This document shows positions 40,484-49,874 of a stretch of 64,000 bases of DNA, piece by piece (the stretch's first letter is position 1; every line of letters starts with the position of its first letter). Below the pieces are notes generated by a model, which searched no databases, was not told the DNA's origin, and worked only from the letters and a program-made list of their open reading frames with translations. The position numbers and the translations under genes are program-made. Origin of the DNA: Nitrospirales bacterium (GTDB lineage: Bacteria; Nitrospirota; Nitrospiria; Nitrospirales; UBA8639); NCBI GenBank assembly GCA_965223495.1, contig OZ245001.1, positions 3,735,833 through 3,799,832 on the forward strand, in the 5' to 3' direction.

Positions 40484-40598
40484 GTCATCCCCGCAGGTTG
40501 TTGGCGGGGATCTATCGTTTTTCTCATTGGTGGAGCCAGAAAGATTCCTGCCCCCGGCCAAAACCATGCAGGGGCAGGCTCCAACTTGCAGGAATGAC
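40484..40598. repeat. CGTC-type REP-like element
   Basis: GTCATCCCCGC-N-GGCGGGGATC ... GATTCCTGC ... GCAGGAATGAC. Confidence 0.8.
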
Positions 40599-40810
40599 GG
40601 CGTGAGGAAAAACAAGCCTTACCTATCGTGACTTGATCCTACGGTGTTTGGCAGATGAAGTCTAAGTTTTTACAGATTAAAGACTGACGTGTTGCGAAAC
40701 ATTCCATGGCCGCATTGGGGCAGGCTGTGATGTCTTTGGCCGTTGACATTCCCAGATTACTCCCCTCCCATGAGGGATGGCTTTCACGCCCACACCCTAC
40801 GATATGAACA

Positions 40811-42409
40811 TCACTCATCGAATGATGGCGTTCTGGAACGCACGGACAACTCTAGACCGTTTTCTCTGAATTTCCTTACCCGCTCGTCAATCTTTGATCT
40901 GACCCTACGGTCCACAAATTTCGTTTCTGTCAGATCCAACGTCACCCGCTTCCCTTCCTGAAAGAAACGATCAAGTTGTGTTCTCAGAGGAATCCAAGAA
41001 GTGAAAATAATGGACCCTCGTAATAAAATCGTGACAGACTGATCTCTTTCATACGTGATCTTGGCATTCAATCTGAGCATGGACCCCCCGCGAATAAAAC
41101 GGATGATCAACATGACTCCAATCCCAATGGCTAACCCTTTTAAGAGATCAGTCGCCAGGACACCTAATATCGTCGAGACAAAAATAATAAACTGGTCTGT
41201 TCCCTCACGATACACAGCCACAAACTCGTGGGGAGAAGCCAGGCGAAATCCTGTGATGACCAATAACGCGGCCAAGGCCGCGAGAGGAATTTGATTAATG
41301 ACCCCTGGAATCAATGCCACACAGATCAGTAAAAACATCCCGTGGTAAAAATTCGCAAACCGGGTTCTGGCCCCATTATCAATATTGGCTTTACTTCGAA
41401 CGATTTCAGAAATCATGGGCAACCCACCAATGAACGCCGACAAGGTGTTCGCGATACCGGTGGCCAACAAGTCCCGGTCCAGATTGGTTTGTCGACCCCA
41501 GGGATCGATCCCATCAATCGCCTTAGCACTGAGAATGCCCTCCAAACTTCCAATGATCGCAAAAAGAACGGTATATTTGATTCCCGTCTCCGTGGTGATG
41601 CCTGAAAAATCTGGAAAGGTGATGGCATTCAGCAAATTACCTGGAACATTGACTAAAAACTTTTCGCCGAGTTCGTAGAGGTGATTATTGAACGTATATG
41701 ACCCCTTCTCACCAATTCCCAAAAATATCGCTATTGGAACCGTGATCAGTAACATCAACATGGGGGCGGGAATGACCTTCAATTTAGGATTTTTTATCAA
41801 GTTATACACCACCACAATCGTCAGACCCATCAATCCTATGAATGCCACTTTCGGGTTCATGTTCAGGACAAAGGAAGGAATGCTAGCGAGTAACTCGAGA
41901 GGCGCCCCCTGTGGATTCAGTCCCATCAAGACGGGAAATTGTTTGGCGATGATGATGACTCCAATGGAAGCCAGCAAACCGTGGATCGCCGCTTTCGGAA
42001 AAAGCCGTACAAGGATTCCGACGCGAAACAGTCCGAGGACAATTTGGTAGACCCCTGCCACCACTCCCACACCCAGCGCCAAACGATACGCTTGAAAATC
42101 CTTCACAGGGTCCTCTCCACCCGTAAACCCAAAATCCTGAACGCACCCTATGGCAATCACAATCAAACCCGCAGCAGGTCCCTTAATCGTCAGTTCTGAG
42201 TTGCTCAGGAAGGTGGCAACGAGACCGCCAACGATGGCCGTAAAAATGCCCGCTACCGCGGGATATCCTGAAGCCAACGCAATTCCCAGACACAGCGGCA
42301 ACGCAATAAGAAAAACGAGAAATCCAGAAAGGATATCGTTTTTCGCATAGGTTTTGAGCCCGTCAAGATTCCCCTTGGGAATTTCAGTGGAATCGGATGC
42401 CATACTCAT
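40811..42409 (-). CDS. SulP family inorganic anion (bicarbonate/sulfate) transporter
   Basis: VFLIALPLCLGIALASG, GPAAGL and EIVRSKAN motifs; STAS-like tail. Confidence 0.93.
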   Translation of the reverse strand: MSMASDSTEIPKGNLDGLKTYAKNDILSGFLVFLIALPLCLGIALASGYPAVAGIFTAIVGGLVATFLSNSELTIKGPAAGLIVIAIGCVQDFGFTGGEDPVKDFQAYRLALGVGVVAGVYQIVLGLFRVGILVRLFPKAAIHGLLASIGVIIIAKQFPVLMGLNPQGAPLELLASIPSFVLNMNPKVAFIGLMGLTIVVVYNLIKNPKLKVIPAPMLMLLITVPIAIFLGIGEKGSYTFNNHLYELGEKFLVNVPGNLLNAITFPDFSGITTETGIKYTVLFAIIGSLEGILSAKAIDGIDPWGRQTNLDRDLLATGIANTLSAFIGGLPMISEIVRSKANIDNGARTRFANFYHGMFLLICVALIPGVINQIPLAALAALLVITGFRLASPHEFVAVYREGTDQFIIFVSTILGVLATDLLKGLAIGIGVMLIIRFIRGGSMLRLNAKITYERDQSVTILLRGSIIFTSWIPLRTQLDRFFQEGKRVTLDLTETKFVDRRVRSKIDERVRKFRENGLELSVRSRTPSFDE

Positions 42410-42716
42410 GGATATGCGTTTCCCCTCTCGTCGGTTTTCAAACGAATCCGTACTGGTAAGGCTTGATCTTCCCCAGGATATCGGACATCGAGTGACGAAT
42501 TATATAGTAATTTGACAGGAGATGTTGAATGAAGCGAACACGGGCACATCACTCCTCACTCTTCGTCACACTACGCGCTCCCCTGAACCATAATTCTCAA
42601 ATAATTTTCTGTCAGTTCAATGAATCACTTTCCTTGTTGATCTGCTCGGGTCGTTGTACTAATCTAGTTCCGTCATTTGATGACTGAAGAACCCGCTCTT
42701 TATAAGGGAGGATTGA

Positions 42717-43679
42717 ATGGCTGATAAAAAGATTATCGCAGTCTTGGGTGCCACGGGTGCCCAAGGGGGTGGCTTGGTCCGGGCCATTCTGGCTGATCCG
42801 GCCGGTGGGTTTATCCCGCGTGCGCTGACACGCGATGTCAATTCGAAGAAGGCGCGGGAGTTGGCGCAAAAGGGTGCGGAGGTCGTGGCGGCCAACGTGG
42901 ACGATGTGGAAAGTCTCAAGCAGGCTTTCGCAGGGGCGCACGGGGCGTTCTGCGTCACCTTTTATTGGGAGCACATGTCACCCGAGAAGGAATTCGCCCA
43001 GGGCAAAGCCCTGGCGGAGGCGGCGAAAGCCGCCGGACTGGCCCACGTTATTTGGTCCACCTTTGAAGATACGCGCAACTGGGTGCCGCTGACGGATGAC
43101 CGCATGCCCACGCTCATGGGCAAGTACAAGGTTCCCCACTTTGATGCGAAGGCGGAAGCGAACGTGGTCTTTCTGGAGTGTGAGGTGCCGACCACGTTTC
43201 TGCTGACCTCCTTCTACTGGGAGAATTTTATTAACTTCGGGCTGGAGCCCCGGCAAGGTCCGGACGGCAGGTGGGCGATCACGCTGCCGATGGCCGACAA
43301 AAAGGTGGCGGGGATTGCCAGCGAGGATATCGGCAAATGCGCGTACGGTATTTTCAAGAAAGGCGCCGAGACCATTGGCCAAACTATTGGCATCTCCAGT
43401 GAACAGTTGACGGGAGCCCAGATGGCCGCAGGCCTGAGTCGCGCGCTGGGCAAGGAGATTCATTTTAACGACGTTCCGCCTGAGGTGTTTCGCACCTTTG
43501 GGTTCCCGGGCGCCGACGACATCGCCAACATGTTTCAGTTTACGCGGGATTTTGAAGAGGTCATTTGTGGGGCACGCAATCCTGCTGTTGCCAGGGCGCT
43601 CAACCCGTCTCTCCAAACCTTTGACGTCTGGCTGGCCCAGAATAAGGATCGGATCCCGCTTGTGCCATCGGCAACCTAG
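42717..43679 (+). CDS. NmrA/HSCARG family NAD(P)-binding protein
   Basis: GATGAQGG and PHFDAK motifs. Confidence 0.93.
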   Translation: MADKKIIAVLGATGAQGGGLVRAILADPAGGFIPRALTRDVNSKKARELAQKGAEVVAANVDDVESLKQAFAGAHGAFCVTFYWEHMSPEKEFAQGKALAEAAKAAGLAHVIWSTFEDTRNWVPLTDDRMPTLMGKYKVPHFDAKAEANVVFLECEVPTTFLLTSFYWENFINFGLEPRQGPDGRWAITLPMADKKVAGIASEDIGKCAYGIFKKGAETIGQTIGISSEQLTGAQMAAGLSRALGKEIHFNDVPPEVFRTFGFPGADDIANMFQFTRDFEEVICGARNPAVARALNPSLQTFDVWLAQNKDRIPLVPSAT

Positions 43680-43691
43680 GAGGCCCTCACC

Positions 43692-43787
43692 ATGAACGCC
43701 AAACACGTCGTGAGTCAGCACGAATGGCTGGAAGCCCGCCTGGAACTGCTCGCCAAGGAGAAGGCGTTCGATAAACAGCGCGATGAA
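43692..43787 (+). pseudogene. DUF899 family gene, N-terminal remnant
   Basis: MNAKHVVSQHEWLEARLELLAKEKAFDKQRDE, then similarity breaks off. Confidence 0.75.
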
Positions 43788-44078
43788 CCGGGTGTTCACG
43801 ACCCAAAAATTATCCTCGGACATCCCATACCAATGGCATCAGTTCTTTCCCTTCCTTTGAAGACCTTTTGAAATGTGTTTGAGCATTAGGGATGCGTTCA
43901 AGCCCGTAACCCCTGGGGCCGGTAGGACAAATGTTCTAGGGGTTCTGTCAAAGCCCTTAAGCTTGCCAATCATCGGATATTTGTTACACTGAGTTTACCC
44001 TCTCTAATTAATAACGCTCTCCTCAGTTTTAGACATTGCCGAAAAGCAAAGTACCTATCTTTTGGAAAGGGGGTTTCC

Positions 44079-44231
44079 ATGCGCAACATTTCATTGTGGG
44101 TCGTAGGGGCATTGTGTCTTTCTCTAGCTCTCATCGGGTGTGAGGACAAGGGTCCGGCCGAGAAGGCAGGAGAAGCCATTGATAAGGCCGTCGAAGACGT
44201 GGGCGATGCGGTGAAGGATGCGACGAATTAA
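44079..44231 (+). CDS. Small lipoprotein (50 aa; absent from the ORF track)
   Basis: Lipobox LIGC followed by EDKGPAEKAGEAIDKA. Confidence 0.85.
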   Translation: MRNISLWVVGALCLSLALIGCEDKGPAEKAGEAIDKAVEDVGDAVKDATN

Positions 44232-44658
44232 CACGGCATCCGTGTAATACCAGGTGTTGGAGGGTTCCGACCTTCGTTGAAAGATGAGCGAAGAAGAAAT
44301 GGGGATTTGTCTGTTCTCGACCCAATAGAGTAACAGCGTGATTGAACGAGTAGAATTGTTCGCCCCGATTTAGAAGCCCTGTCCTTATTCCAGAGACGCG
44401 GCTCTGGTGAATCAACGTTGTCGGCTTTTGGGAGCAAGGGAAACTGATTGCATAAGATCGGCCGAGGAATTGACGGTCGGTTCTTGGACGGCTCCCGACC
44501 CAAAGCGGTCATTAGTCTGGGAAGGACAAGTTGTTCTCCTGGGCAAATTAGACAGAATAGTGTTTTCTGTTTTATGGATAACTTTCACTTCTTTCCTAAG
44601 CTTTTAACACCTTTTGCTTATTTGGCAGGAAATACTGGGCCATGTACTTATGAAGTAG

Positions 44659-45261
44659 ATGACTATGTCTATAAATAATTCTACGTTCAAACGAAGACTA
44701 AGATCGCTACAGCGTCTAGATAAGCGTAATTCTATAGCATCTTATGTTGAGGAAGCTGAACGGCTGGCTCGGGATTATCCCGAGTATGCTAGAGCTTGGC
44801 TGGAATGTGGAGTGGCGTTTACTGAAATTGCTCGGTACAAAGATGCAAGAACTGCGTTTGATAAAAGCGCACGCCTATGTAAGCCTGAAATGAGGTATTT
44901 ACCTTATTGTTGGAAGGGGCTCCTTTTTAAGGAACAGGGAAAACTCCATATGGCTGAAAATTGTTTCCGACATTCCTTAAAGAAAAATCCCAAATATGCT
45001 GACACATGGGGTTTTCTTGGAGCGGTTTTGGCCAAACAAGGAAAATTCAAGGAAGCCAAAGCTGCATGGCGAAAACTCATTCGGCTTGGTACCGGTGCCA
45101 CAGAAGAAGGCCACTTAAATCTGGGGCTTATATTTCGTGCTGAAAAGCGGTACAAAGAAGCACTGAAACATGCTGAGATTGCAATTTCACTTGATCGAAA
45201 TTACAAGGATGCGAAACGGTTAAGAAAGGACCTCCTGGAGGTCCTAAATCACGGCATCTAA
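44659..45261 (+). CDS. TPR repeat protein (cassette-like)
   Basis: Several TPR helices; the stop codon lies in the attC-like R'' box. Confidence 0.88.
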   Translation: MTMSINNSTFKRRLRSLQRLDKRNSIASYVEEAERLARDYPEYARAWLECGVAFTEIARYKDARTAFDKSARLCKPEMRYLPYCWKGLLFKEQGKLHMAENCFRHSLKKNPKYADTWGFLGAVLAKQGKFKEAKAAWRKLIRLGTGATEEGHLNLGLIFRAEKRYKEALKHAEIAISLDRNYKDAKRLRKDLLEVLNHGI

Positions 45262-45313
45262 CCCGAAAATCAAATCGATGCATAATGACTCGCGGCTTAT
45301 TTAACTGTTCGAC
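45256..45313 (+). other. attC-like integron recombination site
   Basis: ATCTAAC-N5-AAT[C]AAAT...GCTTATT-N5-GTTCGAC, 58 bp. Confidence 0.6.
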
Positions 45314-45327
45314 GGCAGGAGAAATTC

Positions 45328-45369
45328 AAGGTCCGCTTTTTGGCCGGCTACCGACCCAAAGGCGACATT
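45328..45369. repeat. Imperfect palindrome of the AATGTCCGCTT..GGCC/GACCCAAAGCGGACATT family
   Basis: Related copies at 37040, 44473, 45861, 46307, 51536, 53226, 56558, 60432, 62125 and 63551. Confidence 0.8.
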
Positions 45370-45385
45370 CGGATAGCTGTCAATT

Positions 45386-45865
45386 ATGGATGGAAACAAG
45401 ATAAGGACAGCAATTCGCGATTTCCTCGGTCTGCTAGAAAACGGTGGCTTGTCAGTCGAGCAAGCCGAGGAAAAATTACCGGCCCTACTAGATCACCTCG
45501 CATTTGCACAGTCTTTCGTTTCGTTCACGTATGACGACGCGGAATACCCCGATTCCCCTGCCCAGAACTACGATACATTACGGGCAACCGTCACAAAGCG
45601 ATTCCCAAATTACGGCTATTACAACATTGCCGAGAAAATCACAACCGACATAGGTGATTCGGGAACATTGGTGGGTGACGCCATAGATGATCTAGCCGAC
45701 ATTGCCCGAGACCTCTATAAGGTTGAGTGGTATTGGTCAAATACCAGCGAAGCCAACGCCCTATTCCACTTCGGGAATGACTTCAGGCATCACTGGCGAC
45801 AGCATCTCAGGGGATTGCAACTATACCTAGATGCCCTAGAGCTTGCTCGCGACCTTCCGGAATGA
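45386..45865 (+). CDS. DUF5063-like protein
   Basis: GD.IDDLADI..DL...HW..H motif. Confidence 0.72.
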   Translation: MDGNKIRTAIRDFLGLLENGGLSVEQAEEKLPALLDHLAFAQSFVSFTYDDAEYPDSPAQNYDTLRATVTKRFPNYGYYNIAEKITTDIGDSGTLVGDAIDDLADIARDLYKVEWYWSNTSEANALFHFGNDFRHHWRQHLRGLQLYLDALELARDLPE

Positions 45866-45911
45866 CCGGAATTGGCTGATTCCCGACCCCAAGCAGTCAT
45901 TCATCTATTTT

Positions 45912-46307
45912 ATGAATAAAGAATTAATCTACGTGGAAGTAAAATCGGGATATCGCGATAATGGACCTGCTTGGATCGGATTTCATGGAACTTCAAAATC
46001 AGGTTCCACAATCTATTTTAATGGGTTGGCTTTTCAGAGTTTAAAGGGCCGAGGTATGAGCGGCAATTATTTTGAGACTGAATCTGGGGAGGAATATTGG
46101 ATTTCAGGGGTTAAGAAAAAAGGCGGCGATCGTCACTGGGCAGGTAGCGGTAAAATAATCATTGATAAGAAGGCGGTGGATGAATTTTTGACATTAACAG
46201 GATTATCCTCATTACCACCAAATATAGAGCCGGAGGAATTGCTCCCTTCTAAACCAACACCTACCTTTCATGATAAACAAAATAAGCCTCTCAATGATTC
46301 CTATTAA
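45912..46307 (+). CDS. Conserved hypothetical protein (cassette-type)
   Basis: YVE.KSG..DNGPAWIG....SKSG.TIYFNG...GNY...GEEYWISG.KK.G.DRHWAG. Confidence 0.8.
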   Translation: MNKELIYVEVKSGYRDNGPAWIGFHGTSKSGSTIYFNGLAFQSLKGRGMSGNYFETESGEEYWISGVKKKGGDRHWAGSGKIIIDKKAVDEFLTLTGLSSLPPNIEPEELLPSKPTPTFHDKQNKPLNDSY

Positions 46308-46442
46308 ATGACTGCTTCTAACCACAGGCAGACATGTCCGTTGCTGACGAAGCACCGGGCTAGAAGCTGCTCCGGATACTCACACGATGTTTCCCACCCA
46401 TCCCGGTTCTGACTGGTTCCTGAATGACGTGTTCTTCTCTCC

Positions 46443-47141
46443 TCACACGTGCCCGTAGACAGGCACCAGTGCTCCGTTCGTCAGAGCGTTGGCCGGCGAG
46501 GCGAGAAAGGCGATGGTCTCGGCCACCTCTTCGACTTTCGGCCACGTCTCAAAGTCGGCATCCGGCATGGCCGTGCGGTTGGCCTTGGTATCCATCAGCG
46601 ACGGCAACACGGCGTTGACGAGAATGTTCTCCCCCTTGACCTCTTCAGCCAAGGACTGGGTCAGCGAAGTGACACCAGCCTTGGCTGTCGTGTAGGCAAT
46701 CATTCCTCCGGTCGGCTGTTTGGCCGGACGCGCACCAATGTTGATGATGCGTCCTCCCCCTTTCCCGGTCCGCATCGTTCGGACCGCCTCGCGGGAACAG
46801 AGAAAGCAGGTCATCACGTTGAGCTGGAACATCGAGCGGAATTGGTCGGCCGAGGTCTCGGTGATTGGGCCCATTTGGAATCCGCCCACCACGTGGATGG
46901 ACGCCCACAGACCGTCGACCCCTTGGTAAAACGTGTTGACCTGTTCCTCGTTCGTGACATCGACGTGATGGAGACTGACTCGTTCATGGTCCCTCAAGGC
47001 GAAGTGATTCAACTCCGCCTCGAGTTTCCACGTGACATGACAGATGGCTCCGCTGTCCAAGAACCGCTTCACGATGGCGGAACCGAGAAAGCCCGTTCCC
47101 CCCGTCACGATGATCTGTTTGCCGTCTAATGAATCATTCAT
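46443..47141 (-). CDS. SDR family oxidoreductase
   Basis: TGGTGFLG and YTTAK motifs; start moved to MNDSL. Confidence 0.93.
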   Translation of the reverse strand: MNDSLDGKQIIVTGGTGFLGSAIVKRFLDSGAICHVTWKLEAELNHFALRDHERVSLHHVDVTNEEQVNTFYQGVDGLWASIHVVGGFQMGPITETSADQFRSMFQLNVMTCFLCSREAVRTMRTGKGGGRIINIGARPAKQPTGGMIAYTTAKAGVTSLTQSLAEEVKGENILVNAVLPSLMDTKANRTAMPDADFETWPKVEEVAETIAFLASPANALTNGALVPVYGHV

Positions 47142-47154
47142 CTCTTCCTCTCTC

Positions 47155-47538
47155 TTAGAGTTTGCTGGGATCGTAGTAGAACTTAATGTGATCCGCTTTG
47201 CCATCGCACCACCGTGTGACCTGCACCTGATCGGGGTTGAAGGTGCTGCCATCGTTCATGTCCACCGTGAGCTTGTACTCCGCGAAGGTGACGCCATTGC
47301 CCTTGCCATCGTCCGGCCCACCGGCCACGGCCTTGATGTCGATGCCATGATAGGCTTTCACATTTGAGAGGATCTTTTTTTCGTTGTCAATTATATTCGC
47401 TTTGCCTTCTACCTTCGCGCCGGTCGCTTCTTCAATGACGGCGTCGTCGGCGTAGAACTCCTCCATGCCCTCGACAAACTTTCCTTCCTTGAGTCCCTCG
47501 ATCATCCGTTTGGTTTTGTCTAGCAATGTTTCACTCAT
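47155..47538 (-). CDS. SnoaL-like/NTF2 family protein
   Basis: GMEEFYADDAVIEE...QVTRWCDGK; paralogous to 29038-29400. Confidence 0.82.
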   Translation of the reverse strand: MSETLLDKTKRMIEGLKEGKFVEGMEEFYADDAVIEEATGAKVEGKANIIDNEKKILSNVKAYHGIDIKAVAGGPDDGKGNGVTFAEYKLTVDMNDGSTFNPDQVQVTRWCDGKADHIKFYYDPSKL

Positions 47539-47752
47539 GGCTGTCCTCCTTTTTTGGTTTGAGTATGGTTAATGGGTAACGACGTTTCCCTGTCAATTGG
47601 GAACTCTTTCATCATGGTGACTGTCTATTATGGACTCTGATCATTACACCCTGCTCCGGAGCTTTCATGCGGTTTTCTCGTGAATGTGACGCATGGTTGC
47701 TGGCGAAGCTGGTGTCGTCCTTTTCATCGATTGCTTGCCAACGAATCCTGCT

Positions 47753-48436
47753 TCACACTGACGCCATTTTTTCCGGTAATTGCTGCACGACTTCCTCGGT
47801 AGTCAGCACCGTGTTGGCGAGCATCCGATAGTTCACCAACGCGCTGGCATAGCCATCTCCTTCCGGAACTTTGGCTCCCGCCGTGGCATCTTTGACCACC
47901 GCCACTTCAAAGCCTTGCTCCAGCATTTCTCGTAAGTGTGATTCCACACAGAGGTTTGAGGACATGCCCGCCAGAATCACTTTGTTAATATTTCGCTTCC
48001 GTAATTGCAGGACGAGATCATTCGTTTCGGGACCGTAGACTTTGTGCGGGCTGACGACGATGGTTTGCCCATCTGTGATGTAGGGTTTGAATTGTTCCAG
48101 CCAATCGGCCCCGGAGCCCTCGAAATTCTCCAACCGCAGCGGATCTTCACGGTGGAACATGTTGATGCTGTGCATCACGGCTTCCAGCGTGCCCTCGAAT
48201 TTCCACCCGTGATCGGAGGGATAGTAATAGTAGGGGGAAATGAATACCTGCATACCGATCTCTTTGGCTGTTTTGAACAGTTTGTCCAAATGCTCGACGG
48301 TCCGGTTCTCGGTAACGCTTTCCCCGACGACACCCCACGCCACCCCGTGGGGGCTGAGGAAATCATTCTGTGGATCAATAATGACTAAGGCTGTCTGTTC
48401 GGGAACCATGTCCATGCCTAAATCGGGAAGTGCCAT
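47753..48436 (-). CDS. Isochorismatase-like cysteine hydrolase
   Basis: IIDPQNDF, HK and AGMSSNLCVESH motifs. Confidence 0.92.
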   Translation of the reverse strand: MALPDLGMDMVPEQTALVIIDPQNDFLSPHGVAWGVVGESVTENRTVEHLDKLFKTAKEIGMQVFISPYYYYPSDHGWKFEGTLEAVMHSINMFHREDPLRLENFEGSGADWLEQFKPYITDGQTIVVSPHKVYGPETNDLVLQLRKRNINKVILAGMSSNLCVESHLREMLEQGFEVAVVKDATAGAKVPEGDGYASALVNYRMLANTVLTTEEVVQQLPEKMASV

Positions 48437-48502
48437 GATGTTTCTCCTTTAAACATTGGGTTGAGGATTGTGAAGTCTCCGATCATTTTGTCAGTGTCTT
48501 AG

Positions 48503-48519
48503 AGCATGGGCCATGCCAA
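48503..48519 (-). promoter_or_regulatory. sigma54 promoter of the hydrolase-SnoaL-SDR operon
   Basis: TTGGCATGGCCCATGCT (GG-N10-GC). Confidence 0.7.
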
Positions 48520-48586
48520 TTGTCGTGGTTCATTTTTTGTCTTATTTTTCAATGTGTTATACAAATTTTTTCAAAAACCACATTCA

Positions 48587-48647
48587 ACGAAATTCCGTTA
48601 TTACCGCAAATTCGAGAACCGGATCCGTCCAAAAAACGAAATTTCGT
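48587..48647. promoter_or_regulatory. Enhancer boxes ACGAAATTCCGT (48587-48598) and ACGAAATTTCGT (48636-48647)
   Basis: Same motif and similar spacing to the sigma54 promoter as at 30450-30499. Confidence 0.7.
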
Positions 48648-48827
48648 CGCTATCTCCGGTTGGGATGCCCTAGACTTGGCCCCTGGCCTTTGAGTCAGCC
48701 CATTCCCCCTCGCGGAGAATCTCCGAGGCAGGAATTGATCGATGTCTCGTGATTAATTAGGCTAATTTTTGATACAGCCAGAGAGGGCATGTATGGACCC
48801 TACGTGAAATTTCCAAGAAGGACTGGT

Positions 48828-48983
48828 GACCTGTACCACACGTATTCGTCATCCGGTAAAGGGGCCGCCATGATTCATGGTGCCTATTCTCTGTAGAATC
48901 AAGGGCCGAAAGGTCGGGATGACGCGGGGCAGCCCAGGAACCACGTCTGGATTGGCCGCCGCGACGAGTACGGCAACGGCTGA
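48828..48983 (+). pseudogene. DUF899 family gene, C-terminal remnant
   Basis: DLYHTYSSSGKG...AYSL*NQGPKGRDD...W..RRDEY with an internal TAG. Confidence 0.7.
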
Positions 48984-49028
48984 GGAAAGATGACGAGAAC
49001 CTTATTCATCTAAAGGGAGGTAAAGCCA

Positions 49029-49874
49029 GTGAGACGATTCGACCCTAGTTCATTCGTTCTGGTTTCCGTGGCATGCATGATCATCGGATTTTCCCCTGGT
49101 GTCCCCGCGCAAAATTCGGTTGAGGGGAGTTTGACCGTCGATGGCACGACCGCCCCGATGAAGCATATCTATTTTGATCAATATCGTGACGAGTTTACGA
49201 TCGTCCTGACGGATCATCCGGTCGATCAGGAAATGATTCCTTTCGAAGTGTCTACCCTCTCAGAGCAAGGCCAAGTCAGGGCACTGGAATTTACGATCTC
49301 TCGAGAGACCCAAGCATTGCTCCCACGCATGAGAAAGGCCATTTATTTTCATCCGGTCTGGACTCGCCAGATCGACATCGGCAATGGGGTGTTAACTCTC
49401 TCCCAATTTGATGACCAGCAACTCGTGGGTAGGATAAAAACGCCGTCTGAGAATGAGCGCGAGGGTCATCGCTTTGCCTACGATATTTCGTTCTCTGTCA
49501 GTTTGAGGAAGGAACCCCTTCAATTGACCATAACCGGTACGGACGACCCGCCCTCCCAAGCTTATGCGGCTTACTGTCAGGCTTTGATGAACGGAGACGT
49601 GGAGGAGTTTAAGAAGTATGTCCCGAGTGAACACTTAACCTCGATGCCTCAAGATGAGAATGAATTGATCTTGGGTTTGGAGTTTGCCCAAGACATGATG
49701 ATGACGAATATCGAAATCCTCAACAGCACCATCTCCGACACCACCGCGGTGTTAAGGCTGCACGGCAGCCGAGGGCTGACGACCGCAAATGGCAAAGTGA
49801 CGATGGTCCTGGAAAATGGTTCATGGAAAGTTAGTGAAGAATCATGGGAGGCAGGCCCATCACCGGAGAAATAA
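49029..49874 (+). CDS. Exported hypothetical protein
   Basis: Signal peptide; GGGAGG RBS; NTF2-like C-terminal end (MVLENGSWKV). Confidence 0.8.
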   Translation: MRRFDPSSFVLVSVACMIIGFSPGVPAQNSVEGSLTVDGTTAPMKHIYFDQYRDEFTIVLTDHPVDQEMIPFEVSTLSEQGQVRALEFTISRETQALLPRMRKAIYFHPVWTRQIDIGNGVLTLSQFDDQQLVGRIKTPSENEREGHRFAYDISFSVSLRKEPLQLTITGTDDPPSQAYAAYCQALMNGDVEEFKKYVPSEHLTSMPQDENELILGLEFAQDMMMTNIEILNSTISDTTAVLRLHGSRGLTTANGKVTMVLENGSWKVSEESWEAGPSPEK

